A stretch of DNA of 64,000 bases from Felis catus (taxonomy: Eukaryota). The notes below the pieces were generated by a model. It had not been told where the DNA came from and searched no databases. It worked only from the letters and a program-made list of their open reading frames with translations. The translations under genes and the position numbers were made by a program. Below, piece after piece: positions 51,336 to 63,378 of the stretch; within the stretch, counting starts at the first letter, position 1, and each line of letters opens with the position of its first letter. The DNA lies in contig NC_058368.1 in NCBI RefSeq assembly GCF_018350175.1, positions 165,914,001-165,978,000 of the forward strand. Direction: 5' to 3'.

Positions 51336-52867
51336 ACAAAAGGAAACAGAAGAAAATGTGAATACTGATAATTATACCAGACAAAGTAGACTTTATGCCA
51401 AAAATGAAAATGAGAGACAAAAAGATTATTATATAATGATAAAGGAGTCAGTTAATCAAAAAGAGATAATGAAAATCAAAAATATATACACCTAACATTG
51501 AGATACCTATATATATTAAGCAAATATTAACAGATCTGAAAAGGGATAAATAGATAATACAAATGTAGTAGAAAACTTCAATAACCCATTTTCCTCAATG
51601 GATAGATCATTCAGATAGAAAATCAGCACAGAAACACTGACCTTGAATCAAACACAAGGCTAAATGGACATAATAGAAATTTATAGAATGTTCCATTCAA
51701 CATAAGCAGAATACACATTATTCTCAAATGCAAACAAAACATTCTCCAACACAGATCATATGATATGCCACAAAACAAATCTTACAAGTTTTAAGAAGTT
51801 CTAAGATTTAAGAAGATTTAGAAGATCTAGGAAGATTCAAATTCCCATGTATCTTTTCTAATCATTATGGTATAAAACTAGAAATCAATAAGAAAGAGAA
51901 AACTGCAAAGTTCACAAATATGTGTACATTCAAAAACATGCTTCTGAACAACCAATGGGTCAAAGAAGATATTAGAAGAATATCAAGAAATATCTTGAAA
52001 TGAACAAACACAATATCAAAACATTATGAAACAATGCAAAAGTAGTTCTAAGAGGGAAGTTTATAACAATAAATGCCTGCATTAAGAAACAAGACAGAAC
52101 TCAAAGAACCTCACTTTTCACCTCAATGAGCTACAAAAAAGGGACAAACTAAGCCAGAAATTAATAGAAGAAAAGAAATAATAAAGATCAGAGCAGAAGT
52201 AAAAACAAAATACAGATGAGAAAAACAATAGCAAAGATCAATGAAACTAAGAACTGGTGATTTGAAAAGATAAAAAGAAAATAATGACAAACCTTTAGCT
52301 AGACCAAGAATAAAAGAGAGAAGACTCAAATGAATAAAAAAAGAAATGAAATAGGGGGCATTATAGCTGGTGCCACAGAAATACATAGGATCATAAGAGA
52401 CTACTGTTAGCAATTATATGCCAAAAATTAAATAACCTAGAAGATATATCCTAGAAACACACAACTACAGGGACTTAATCATGAAGAAATAGAAAATCTG
52501 AACAGTTCAATAATGAGTAGAGACTGAATCAGTAATCAAAAATCTCTGAACACACAAAAACCCAGAAGGTGGTTTCACTGGTGAATCCCATCAGACATTT
52601 AAAAAATAACTAAGCCCAATCCCTCACAAACTGTTCCAAAAAATTGAGGAGGGGGTAACACTTCCAAATATATCTTATGTGGCCATAATTACCTTGATAA
52701 CAAAGTCAGGTAACACTACATTAAGAGAAAATAAAACTATATATAGATCAATACCCTTGATGGATATAGATGCAAAGATTCTCAACAAAATATTAGCAAA
52801 CAATTCAATGAAAGGATCATACACCATGACCAAATGGGGTTCATTTCTGAGATGTTAGAATCATTGA

Positions 52868-53059
52868 GGGGCGCCTGGGTGGCGCAGTCGGTTAAGCGTC
52901 CAACTTCAGCCAGGTCACGATCTCGGGGTCCGTGAGTTCGAGCCCCGCATCGGGCTCTGGGCTGATGGCTCAGAGCCTGGAGCCTGTTTCCGATTCTGTG
53001 TCTCCCTCTCTCTCTCTGCCCCTCCCCCGTTCATGCTCTGTCTCTCTCTGTCCCAAAAA

Positions 53060-53110
<51 letters not shown>

Positions 53111-53111
53111 A
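52868..53111 (+). mobile_element. Young Can-SINE (SINEC_Fc) with (TAAA)n tail
   Basis: TSD agaatcattga at 52857-52867 and 53112-53122. Confidence 0.98.
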
Positions 53112-53514
53112 AGAATCATTGAACATACATTAATGTGATACTCCACATTAAGAGAATAAAAGAAAAAATCATATGGTCATCCTAATAAATGCACAGAAAA
53201 CATTTGACAAAATACAACATGCTTTCATGATAAAAATCTTCACCAAATTGTGTATAAAAGGAGTATATCTCAACACAATAAAAGCTATATGCAACAAGCT
53301 CAAAGCTAACATTATACTCAATGATGAAAGATTGAAAGCTATTTTTCTAAGGTCAGAAATAATACAATAGAGTGCCCATTGTTAGCACCTTAATCAACAT
53401 AGCATTGGAAGTACTAGCTAGTTCAATAAGACAAGATAAATTTATAAATAAAAGATACTCAGATTTGAAAGAGGAAGTAAAATTGTTGTTATTTGCAGAT
53501 TATATGATTTTATA

Positions 53515-54013
53515 CAGATATTCCTTGACTTATTACGGGGTTACATACTGAGGAACTGATTGTAAGTTGAAAATGTTAAGTCAAAAAGACATTTAATACA
53601 TCTAACCTACTATAGACTAGCCTAGCTGACCTTAAATGTGCTCAGAAAACTTATATTAGTCTATGGATGACAACATTATCTACGGTAAAGCCTATTTTAT
53701 ATAGCAAAGTGTTAAATATTTCAGGTAATTCATTGAATATTGCACTGAAAATGAAAAAGAGAATAGTTGTATAGGCATATAACAGTTGTAAGTGCGCTGG
53801 TTGTTTACCTTCCAGATTGCAAAGGCTGACTGGGAGTTGCATCTCAGTGTCACTGCAGAGCATCATGAGAGAGTACTGTACTGCATATTGCTAGCTTTGA
53901 AAAAGATGAAAATTCAAAATGTGAACAATGGTTTCTACTGAATGTGTATTGCTTCCAGACCACTATAAAGTTGAAAGAAATTGTAAGTCTGACCATCGTA
54001 AGTTGGTGAACTG
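53515..54013. mobile_element. Tigger5/MER47-family TcMar DNA transposon (non-autonomous)
   Basis: Starts TA|CAGATATTCCTTGACTTA, ends catcgtaagttggtgaactg; internal ctagcctagctgaccttaaatgtgctcagaaaactta; inserted just after the L1 RT FAD motif. Confidence 0.85.
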
Positions 54014-54616
54014 AATATATAAAATCATAAAGACTCAACCAAAAACTGTTAGCGCAATGAATTCAGTAAAACTGCAGGGTATCAAATGAATATGCAGAAT
54101 TTCTATACATTAACAATTACTTCTCAGAAAAAGAAATAAACTATTCACTCACCATAGCATCAAAAACAAAACAAAACAATAGGAATACATTTAACCAAGG
54201 AATGTGAAAAATCTTTACACCAAAAACTACCAGAATTTAGTGACAGAAATTGAAGACAACAGAAAGAAGTGGGAAAGATATAATATGGTCATTATTAGAA
54301 TAATTAATATTATTAAAATATTCCAAAGCTATTATGTCCCAAAGTACACTAAAATATCAATGTTCCAAAGTATATTAAAATGTTCTATCCAAAGCTATCT
54401 ATAGGTTCAATGTAATCTCTAACAAACTTTCAATAGCATTTTTCACAGAAATAGAAAAGAAATCCTAAAATTTGTATGGAACCTCATAAGACCCTGAATA
54501 TCCAAAAATCCCACTAAAAAACAAAGCTGGAGACATCACGCTGCCTTATTTTAAACTATGTTACAAAGCTATAGTAATTAAAACAGTATGGCACCAGCTT
54601 AAAATGTACATCAAGA

Positions 54617-54807
54617 GGGGCGCTTAGGTGGCTCAGTCAGTTAAGTGTCCAACTTTGACTCAGGTCATGACCTCACAGTTTATAAGTTCGAGCCCTGCAT
54701 TGGGCTCTGTGCTGACAGCTCAGAGCCTGGAGTCTGCTTTAGAATCTGTATCTCCCTCTTTCTCTGCCTCTCTGCCTCTCTGCCTCTCCCTCCCTCCCTC
54801 CCTCCCT

Positions 54808-54838
<31 letters not shown>

Positions 54839-54878
54839 ATTCTCAAAAAGAAGTAAACATTAATTCTTTTTTAAAAAA
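54617..54878 (+). mobile_element. Can-SINE
   Basis: Head ggggcgcttaggtggctcag, long CT tract. Confidence 0.95.
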
Positions 54879-55518
54879 TGCACACCAAGACCAATGGAAT
54901 TAGAAGAGAAAGCCCAGAAATAAACTCTGGTATATATGGTCAACTCATATCCGAAAAGGGAGTCAACAATATTCAATATGAAAAGGAGACTCTTCAACAA
55001 CAATAAAAAACCTGAAAAAAATAGATAACCACACACAGAAAAATGAAATTGGATGACTATCTTACACCATTCACTAAAATTAACCTGAAATGGATTAAAA
55101 ACTTAAACATAATTCCTGATAGCATAAAACTTCTAGAAAAAAACAAAAAAAGCAAAAAAACATGGGGAAGATGTTCGAAGACATGAGCTTTAGTAATGAT
55201 TTTTCAGATATGACACAAAAAGCATAAGCAACAAAAGCAAAAGTGAACGAGACTAAATCAAACTAAAAACTTATGCACAGCAAAAGAAAACCTCAAGAAA
55301 TGAAAAGGCAATGTAACAAACAGGTGAAAATTTTTGCAAATATATTGGATAGAGGGGTAATACCCAAAATATTAAAGAACTCATTCAACTCAACAGCTAA
55401 CAGTCTGATTTAAAAAATGGGCAGAGGAACTGAACAGGAACAGACTTTTTTTTTTTTTCAAATAGGACATCAAAAAGGCCAAAAGATATATTAAAAGATA
55501 TTCAATTGTCACTGACCA

Positions 55519-55948
55519 TGAGTCTGGAGTTCTCTCTTGTCCAACAAGAGAGCAGATGCAGAACTGAATACAACACAGGCTAATGTTCAGGAGGACACAA
55601 GGGACCTGAACAGGAGGTTCGTATTTACTGAGCTCACAAGATATTACCCATAAGGAGAGTGTGAAGAAAACAAGATCTTATACCTGTGATGAACGTGAAG
55701 AAAACTATCAGATCGTAATCATTAACTTGTGTGTTCAAGAAGCAAAGCATCTGGGAAGCAAGTGGAGTTTGTGATAACATATTGGCATCATATGGAAAGT
55801 AATTTCCTCCAGATGATATAACAAGTTACTCGTGATCGCATTACAATGTCTTGCTAGCTAACCTCAGGTGTGTTCACCCCATGGTGGTGGCTTTCCACCC
55901 TAAGCTTTTTTCTAACCCATTTATGTAAGTAGAACCTATTTCCCCACA
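55519..55948 (-). mobile_element. 3' LTR of a class II (betaretrovirus-like) ERV
   Basis: Minus strand: PPT aaaaaagggggaac (55949-55962) then TGTGGGGAAA; TATAAG at 55677-55682; AGTAAA poly(A) signal at 55624-55629; ends in CA at 55519 (or 55513). Confidence 0.85.
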
Positions 55949-56304
55949 GTTCCCCCTTTTTTGTTTTTCTTCGCCTTCTTAAGTTTACATGCGAGGACCA
56001 TCATGACAAGCTTCGGATCCATTTTTTTTTTTGCTGTTGGGTGGTTTGTAGGGTGATTCGTGACTAGGATCCCCATGATTAAAAAGCCTATTAATCATTA
56101 ACCTTTGCCTGGTTAATGAATACCAGTGATAGAGATCATGGTCATGAGATGAAGATCAGGGGCATATGCAATACCATTGTGTTGTAACAGGATGTCAGAC
56201 TGGTTAGATAGGCGTTTAAGGATTCCCCATGTTATATTAGGGGCAGGGACTTGGGTTTGTGGAGTGGCTTCAGGATGAGGAATCAATGATGGAGCTCCTT
56301 CCAT
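55936..56304 (-). pseudogene. env: env remnant: signal peptide/Rec-like segment nearly abutting the TM cytoplasmic tail
   Basis: ORF 56113-56304 contains ITWGILKRLSNQSDILLQHNGIAYAPDLHLMTMISI, resembling HERV-K [36 protein letters not shown]; tail frame ends LVMMVLACKLKKAKKNKKGGTVGK* across the PPT. Confidence 0.7.
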
Positions 56305-56398
56305 CTTGAAAAATGGGAGCAGTGTTCACTCATTCAGAGTCATTCTCTGGAAGTCCTGGTTGACTGGAAGATATTCTGGGGGTCTCTACCATGATATG

Positions 56399-56745
56399 TC
56401 ATGGCTTCACCAACTGAGAGGGAATCCTCAGAGGTCTGGAATCTGAATGAACACAAGCATATCCTCGACCCCAGGTGAGAAGTTTGAACCAGCACCATAG
56501 GACAAGAGGGTTTATCTAATTAAGAAGAATGTAGCTCAGATGCAGTTAGTACTTGAGGGTCAAGATTTGAAAATGTAAGAGTGATCATAGCACAACTGGG
56601 GAGAAGTTGAGGTTGTAATGTAGACAGTCATGGGTAATTCCCCATTTTTTGTTTTTTGAACATATTTTAAGGTTTATTATGTGGTTTTTCGACAATTGCT
56701 TGGCATTCTGGATTACACGGAAATTTAATTTTATCTGCCATTCCC
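56399..56745 (-). pseudogene. pol: Betaretroviral integrase remnant (end of core domain and C-terminus)
   Basis: PCNPECQAIVE at 56720-56688 (cf. PYNPQGQAIVE); LTFSNLDPQVLTASELH; LLTWGRGYACVHSDSRPLRIPSQLVKP* at 56482-56399. Confidence 0.9.
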
Positions 56746-57768
56746 TTGCCTTGCCTTTGTTTCCCACATCATCCCCCCCTGAACAATTCTGACCCTTAAA
56801 ATCTTTAAGGTTGCTGAGGGTGGATGTTCTTCTCTTCTGTAATTTCTTCCTGCTGAATAGGGGCATAGAAATGTTCTTACCTATGGGTCAATACTGCTCA
56901 GCTGGGGTAGGTATAGAGGAGTTACAAAAGGGAAAGACAGAGTTCAGGGGAAATGGAGACTCCTTGAGTTGAAAGAATCATCTATCTATTGGAAGTTATA
57001 CTGGTGAAGAAGTCTTCCAACAAGAGTCACAAAACTATGACAAAAAGACTCAAAAATGGACATGATTAAAAGATTTAATGCAATTGACAAGGAAATTCAG
57101 TTATTTCTGTGGCACAAAACACTTCAATGGTCAGAATATCAAGTGATGACCTTATACCAAAAAATATTAAAACTAGAAATTGCATATAATCTCAAGAATA
57201 GTTATACCATTTACTCAAATGTAACCTAAGTCTTGTTATTTGTTTGACAGTTCTTCCAGAGTAACTTAACATACCAAAGAAGCCTAATTGGTCAAAAAGA
57301 CTTCATTTACAATTTAAATATTGGGAATTTTGTTTTAAAAAACCTCAGAAACTTATAAAGCACAAAGCATGTTTACCATCAGACCCTAGTATCCTTAGTT
57401 TCTCTGAAATGAGAAGCCAAAAACAGATAAGCCTTGTTTAGTAAGCCATGCTTTAGCATCCCATCCTATTTAGAAAAGGCCTAGATGCCCAATAAATTCA
57501 ATCCCAATTTATCACGCAAGTAAAACTTTTTAGGCTACTAAAGTCTTTGGAAGATATCTTAACAATTACCCATGAAAACTGTGAGACAAAGCTAACAATT
57601 TCTTTAAATCATAACATGAGCTTATTTGACCTTTGATAAACAGGTCTATTTCAAACCAACAAACTTACGTTTGGGTCCACCTAAGACGATTTGTTCCCCA
57701 TGGTTAATTTTTACCTGGAACACTGGTAGGGAAATCTAAAGTGGGTAGTCCTTGCTCCTTGACATTTC
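56746..57768 (-). mobile_element. Non-pol segment resembling a class I (ERV1/MER4-group) internal 3' region with PPT and LTR stub
   Basis: Minus strand cccctattcagcaggaag...ttacagaaga near 56860, PPT-like aggggggga at 56780-56772 followed by TGATGTGGG; AT-rich spacer tgtgccacagaaataactgaatttccttgtcaattgc at 57117-57080. Confidence 0.6.
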
Positions 57769-57950
57769 GGAGACAATGTTTAAGGGCTGGGAAAATGTTT
57801 CTATAGCTAATAATATGGCTTGCAGTTATGAATGTTGGCTAGAGCCAGTCCAGTGTATATGTTCCCAGTTTTCCAAAGACAAGAAGCCTTGTGAGTTTTC
57901 CCTGAGGTGTCTATAAACACCATAAGGGCATTCTTAATAGGTTGTTGCAT
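57769..57950 (-). pseudogene. pol: Betaretroviral RNase H N-terminal remnant
   Basis: QPIKNALMVFIDTSGKTHKA (57944-57885; cf. PIENALTVFTDGS), then after a frameshift SSQHS*LQAILLAIETFSQPLNIVS (57843-57769; cf. SAQRAEL...FDQPINIISD). Confidence 0.88.
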
Positions 57951-58729
57951 CGGGACGAGGATGTCATCAGAGGAAATCTTTTGTTCCTTTAAAAGGTTAG
58001 ATTTTTCCCAATGACGAGGGAGTTAGTGTTCTCTGGATGTAGGGGTGCCAAAGAAACTGGCTAAAAACAAGGGGACTTAGGTTCCTTAGATTGATGCTTC
58101 AAGGTAACAAGCATTGTTGAGGATATGGAGATACAGTAATCCTTGTTTATTGCTAGTGGGAATGTATATTGGCTCATTATTATGAAGAACAGTATGGAGT
58201 TCCCTCAAAAATTACCAAAAAAAAAGGTAATTAATTAATTAAAAACTACTGGTACCATATGATCCAGCAATCCCACTTCCAGGTATATATTCAAAGAAAA
58301 TAAAAACAGGACATGAGAAAGATATCTGCACTCTCATGTTTATTGCAGCATTAACAACATGTGCTGCCAGTGGATGAATGAATAAAGACGTGTTTTAGAT
58401 ACAATATTATTCAGTCATGAGAAAGAAGGAAATTCTGCCACTTGTGAAATATGGATAGTACTTGAAGACATTACACTAAGTTAGGACAGAGAAAGAAAGA
58501 CAAATCTGTATCTTATCACTAATATGTGGCATCTAAAAAAGCTAAACTCCTAGAAACTGAGAGTAGAATGGTAGTTACCAAAGGCTGAAGTTGGAGGATT
58601 GGGAAGATGCTATTAAAGGATACAAACTTATAACTAAAAGATGAATAATTTCTGGAGCTCTAAGGCACAGAATTATTATTACAGTCAATAATAACTGTAT
58701 TATGTACTTCAAAGTTTTTAAGAGACTAA

Positions 58730-61700
58730 CCCCTTCCCCCAAGTTTTACTGAAAAATAATTGACATACATCACCGTGTAAGTATAAGGCATAGAGCACTT
58801 GATTTACTTACATTGTAAAATGATTACCGTGATAGATTCAATAGCATCCACCTTCTACAGATACAATAAAAAAAGAGACATAAAGAAAAAAAATTCATTT
58901 TGGCATGAGAACTCTTAAGATTTACTCATAAAATTTTTCTTGTATATTGTATAGCAGTGTTAGCTATACTAATGTTGTGTATTAATTATATCCCTAGGAC
59001 TTATTTATCACAAAACTGGGAGTTTACACTTTCTGACCACCTCCCTCCAATTACCCCATCCCCACTGGTAACCGCAAGTCTGATCTGTTTTGCTGAGGTG
59101 CTTTTGTTTTTGTTTTTATCTTTCAATATAAATGAAGTCATATGGTATTTCTCTTCTCTGTGTGACCTATTTCACTTAGCATAATTCCTTAAAGGTCTAT
59201 CGATGTTGTTGCAAATGGTAAGATTTCCTCATTTTTTATGGCTCAATAACATTGCATTGTGTATATAAACCACAAAGTTATTAATCCATTCATCCAATGA
59301 TGGACACTTAGGTTGTTTCCATGTCTTGGCTATTGTAAATAACACTGATATGAACACGGAGTGCAGATATCAAGTTAGGGTTTTCATTTTCCTCGGATAT
59401 CTTCCCAGAAACAAAATTGCTAGATCATATGGTAGTTCTATTTTTATTTTTTTCATGGTCCTCCGTACTGTTTTCCATAGTGACTGCATGAATCTACAGC
59501 CCCACTCTGTTGGTGGGACAAAGGTTCTCCTTTCTATGCATCCATGGCAGCATTTATTATCTCTTGTCTTTTTGATCATGTCCATTCTAAGAGGCATGAA
59601 GTGATATTTCTTGCTGGGTTCAATTTGCATTCCCCTAATAGTGATTTTGAGCTTCTGTTCATGTACCTGTTGACATTTTGTATATCTTCTTTGAAGAAAT
59701 GTCTATTTAGGTCCTTTGCTGTTTTTTTAAATTGGGTTTTTTGTTTTGTTTTTCTGATTGAGTTGTATGTGTTCTTTATATATTTTGGGTATTAACCACT
59801 TATGAGGTATATTGTTGGCAAATTTTTCCTATTATGTAGGTTGTCTTGTCACTTTGTTGATTGCTTCTTTCCTCGTGCTGAAGCCATTTCATTTGATGTG
59901 ATCCCGCACTAGCTTATTTTCGGTTTACTGCATGTGCTTTAGGTGGAAAATCCAAATAATCATTAGTAATACCTAGATCAAGGAGCTTTATTCCCATGAT
60001 TTCTTCTAGGTTTTTCATGGTTTATGGACTTACATTCAAGTCTGTAGTCCCTTTTGCGTTAATTTTTGTAAGTGTTGTAAGGTCTGAGTCCAGTTTTATT
60101 TTTTAAAAATATGTGACTATCCAATTATGCCAGCACCACTTATTGTAGAGACTGTCTTTTCTCCATGAAGTATTCTTGGCTCACTTGTCAAATAGTAGTT
60201 GACCATATATGCTTCGGTTTATTTCTGGTCTCTCAGTTCTGTTCCATTGGATTGTCTGTTTTTATGCCAATACCATACTTTTTTGATGACTATAGCTTTA
60301 TAATATAGCTTGAAATCAGGAATTGTGATGCCCCTAGTTTAGTTCTCTTTTAAAATTTCCTTGGTTTTGGGGGGTGTTTTGTGGTTTCATATACATTTTA
60401 GGATTATTTTTCTACTTCTGTAAAAAAATTCCATTGGGATCTTGTTAGGCATTGCACTAAATCTATAGAGAGTTTCATGTATTACTGACATTTTAATCAT
60501 ATTAATTCTTCCAATCCATGAGCACAGTGTACCGTTGTTTATTTGTATCTTCTTCAATTTCTTTCACCAGAGCCTTATAATTTTCAGAGTAATGGTTCTT
60601 CATCTTGTAGTTAAATTTATTTCTAGTATTTTATTTTAATTATAAATGTGATCAATTACTTTCTCAGAAACTGTTCTGTTATTGTATAGAAATGTTACTG
60701 ATGTTTGTATGTTAATTTTGTATACTGCAATTTTACTGAATTTATTGATTAGATCTAACAGTTATCTGTCTTATTCTATACATAAATCATTGCATCTGCA
60801 AATAGAGCCAACACTTTGAATATGTGATCCCATTCTCTCCTGGCCTGAAAAATTTGTCTCAAAATCTGCCAAAAGTGTTAGGGAATTTCTCTTGGATATA
60901 CCTTTTCTTTTGATGCTCTTAAAAGTCTTTCTTTCTTTGTCTTTAAATCTTGATAATTTAATTATAATATATCTCAGGATAGCCCTATTCATACTCAACC
61001 AATTTGGGTCCTTTCAACCTTAAGGATATGGATATCCATTTCTTCCCAGGTTTCAGAAGTTTTCAGCCATCATTTTCTTTAAATATACTTCTACCCATTT
61101 CTCTTTTTCTTTTCTGTCTGGAATTCCCACAGTAATGTAATATTATTCCTTTTCATTGTGTACCACAATTCCTACAGGTTTTGTTTAGTCTTTTTCATTA
61201 TTTTTTTTTCTTTTTTCTTTTCTTTTTGCTACTCTGACTGGGTAATTTTCTATGTTCTATCCTCTAGGTCACTGATTTTTTCTTCTTCATGGTCCAATAG
61301 ACTTTTGAAAGTTTCTATTGAATTCTCCAACTCTAGAATTTTTCAACTCTAGGATTTCTGTTGTTGTTATCATTGGTGGTGGTGGTTATTCTTTGTCAAA
61401 CTGTTTGCTTTGTTCTTGCACTGTTTTCCTAATTTTAATTGTCTGTATTTTCTTGAAGTTAACTAGACTTCCTTAAGGGGGTTATTCTGAATTCTTTGAC
61501 AGTTCATAGATTTTCATTGCCTTAGGATCAGTTATTAGAGATTTATTTGATTCCTTTGGCAGGATCATATTTACCTGATATCAAACTGTAATCTTTGATT
61601 CTTTGTGTTGGTATCTGTGCCTTTGAGTCATTTAGGCTTCTCTTTTAGACTTTACAGGTTTGGTTTGGCAGATACAGTTTTTCACCAGTCAGCTCAGTTG

Positions 61701-63378
61701 GGGTTTCCAGGTGGGTCCACTGCTGTTCTCTTTGGGCAGGTGTGGCCTGCTGTTATCAACTTTGTGTGGGATAACTGTTCAACCTCTGAGGATAGGGATG
61801 GGAGTTGTGCCACCGGCTGAGAACATTTGGATAAGCCTTCTGGCTTGGTTCTTACCCCAATGAAGGCTATAGGATGGGCTCCTGGTTGCGTGGATTCTCT
61901 AGTCAGACTTACTAGATGGTGAGGACTCAGCATTATATTCAGTTGGACATGGGGGATATGAATTAGCTTACCTGCCCTGGCAGGGTAGCTGTACAGGTAC
62001 AGTAACCTGTACAGCCCAGTTTTTGAGGATCCAAATCAGTCCAGAGTGAGCAGTGAATTCCCTGGTCAGCTGATGCCCCCAGTTGGCTCTGCTGATGAGC
62101 TATACCCTCCGTTTAAGTGCCAGTGTACACAGGGCTACTAAATGGGCTATGCAGCTTCCCATGTACTCTGGTTAGGTTCTCTGCTCAGACAGGCTGAAAG
62201 CTGTATTCAGTGATGATTAGGGCTACAAATTAGATTCGTGCCCAAGTACAGAGCAAGAAGCAGTTCTAAAGCCAGCAAAGCTCTTTGCTGTATTCATTCA
62301 AGCTATCTGCACCCCAAGTTCCCTGACCACCAGGACCACTGTCTTTGTGCCTCAAACTATGCTCTGCCTTCCTCTCGGTTCAAGCACCACTGGGGCAGCA
62401 CAGCTTCCAGAAGTTGTTGCCAGCCTTCCTGATCACATGGGGGCTTGAAGACACTCTCCAATGCAGGTGGGGCTATATCTCAGCAAACTTGCCTTGGTGG
62501 GAGGGGTGCTTCAGACTACTCTCAATTTCCCAAACAGGGTCTCTAATTAGGACAGGCTGGAAGCTACCCTCCATCTTGGCTATGAATTAATTGCCCTGAT
62601 TGTGAAAATCAGGAGAATACTCCACACTCCGTACTGGCTTTGTTCTGGGGGTGATTCATCACTGGTCTCCCAACTTTTAGCTCAAGCATTGCTGGGTCAC
62701 ACTGTTTCCAGGATTTGCTGCCAGTCCTTCTGGTCAGATGGGGCTGGAAGACACTCTCCACAGTGGGCAGGACTGTTATTTAGCTCCTTGCCTGCGTGTG
62801 GGCAAACTGAGCTCTAGGGCCAACAAAGCTCCTTGTTTGAGGATCTGTAATTCACCAAGTTCTTTGGTTGTTATGAGCCTCTGACTTGATTCTATAGATA
62901 AGCAAAACCTCTGTTTGAGGTTACTACTTGGCCACTGCAGGTGTGAGTTTGGTCTGTCAAGATCCAGGTTGTGTTAGCACCTCTTCCCTTTTCTGTCATA
63001 ATCAGATTCTGAGTGGTTGAGCCCTATGGTGTGAGATCCCCATGGTGTGAAATCATAATAGGGACTCCCACAAAGTGACCCACAATTCTGGGTGGGCTGA
63101 CTGTCCCCCCCTAGGTTTTCATTTCTCACTGGAGGAAGACCTCTCCTGTGGTACCCTGCTGGCAGTGGGAGTGGCAATGCAGTCAATATGTAGCTACTTC
63201 TCTTATTCACCTAATGCAGTCTGTCTTTGTCTTTGTGGTATGGGGGATTGCTTCAGCCTCAGCTTCATGTCCTAGCATTCTCTCAGTGGTGCTTTGTTTT
63301 TAAATAGTTGTTAGTTGTTCATGCGTGAGACAGTAAAGTCAGGAATAAACTATGTCACCATCTTGATGATGTTTCCCT
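58730..63378 (-). mobile_element. Antisense L1 with both ends but a large internal deletion, inserted in the host L1 3'UTR
   Basis: 5' end gggaaacatcatcaagatggtgac at 63377; ORF1 remnant (ORF 60771-60998, RYIIIKLSRFKDKE); ORF2 C-terminus (ORF 59370-59630); TSD gagacta at 58722-58728 and 63379-63385. Confidence 0.9.

Noticed and set aside
166..54878. SINE heads as tRNA genes, or dispersed repeats as a CRISPR array
   Set aside because: The heads are tRNA-derived SINE parts with CT tracts, A tails and TSDs; there is no regularly spaced repeat-spacer array and the DNA is mammalian.
58030..58052. Possible tRNA-Lys primer-binding site (minus-strand tggcaccc) for the ERV
   Set aside because: Only about 8 nt resemble TGGCGCCC, the rest does not fit, and no matching 5' LTR precedes it.
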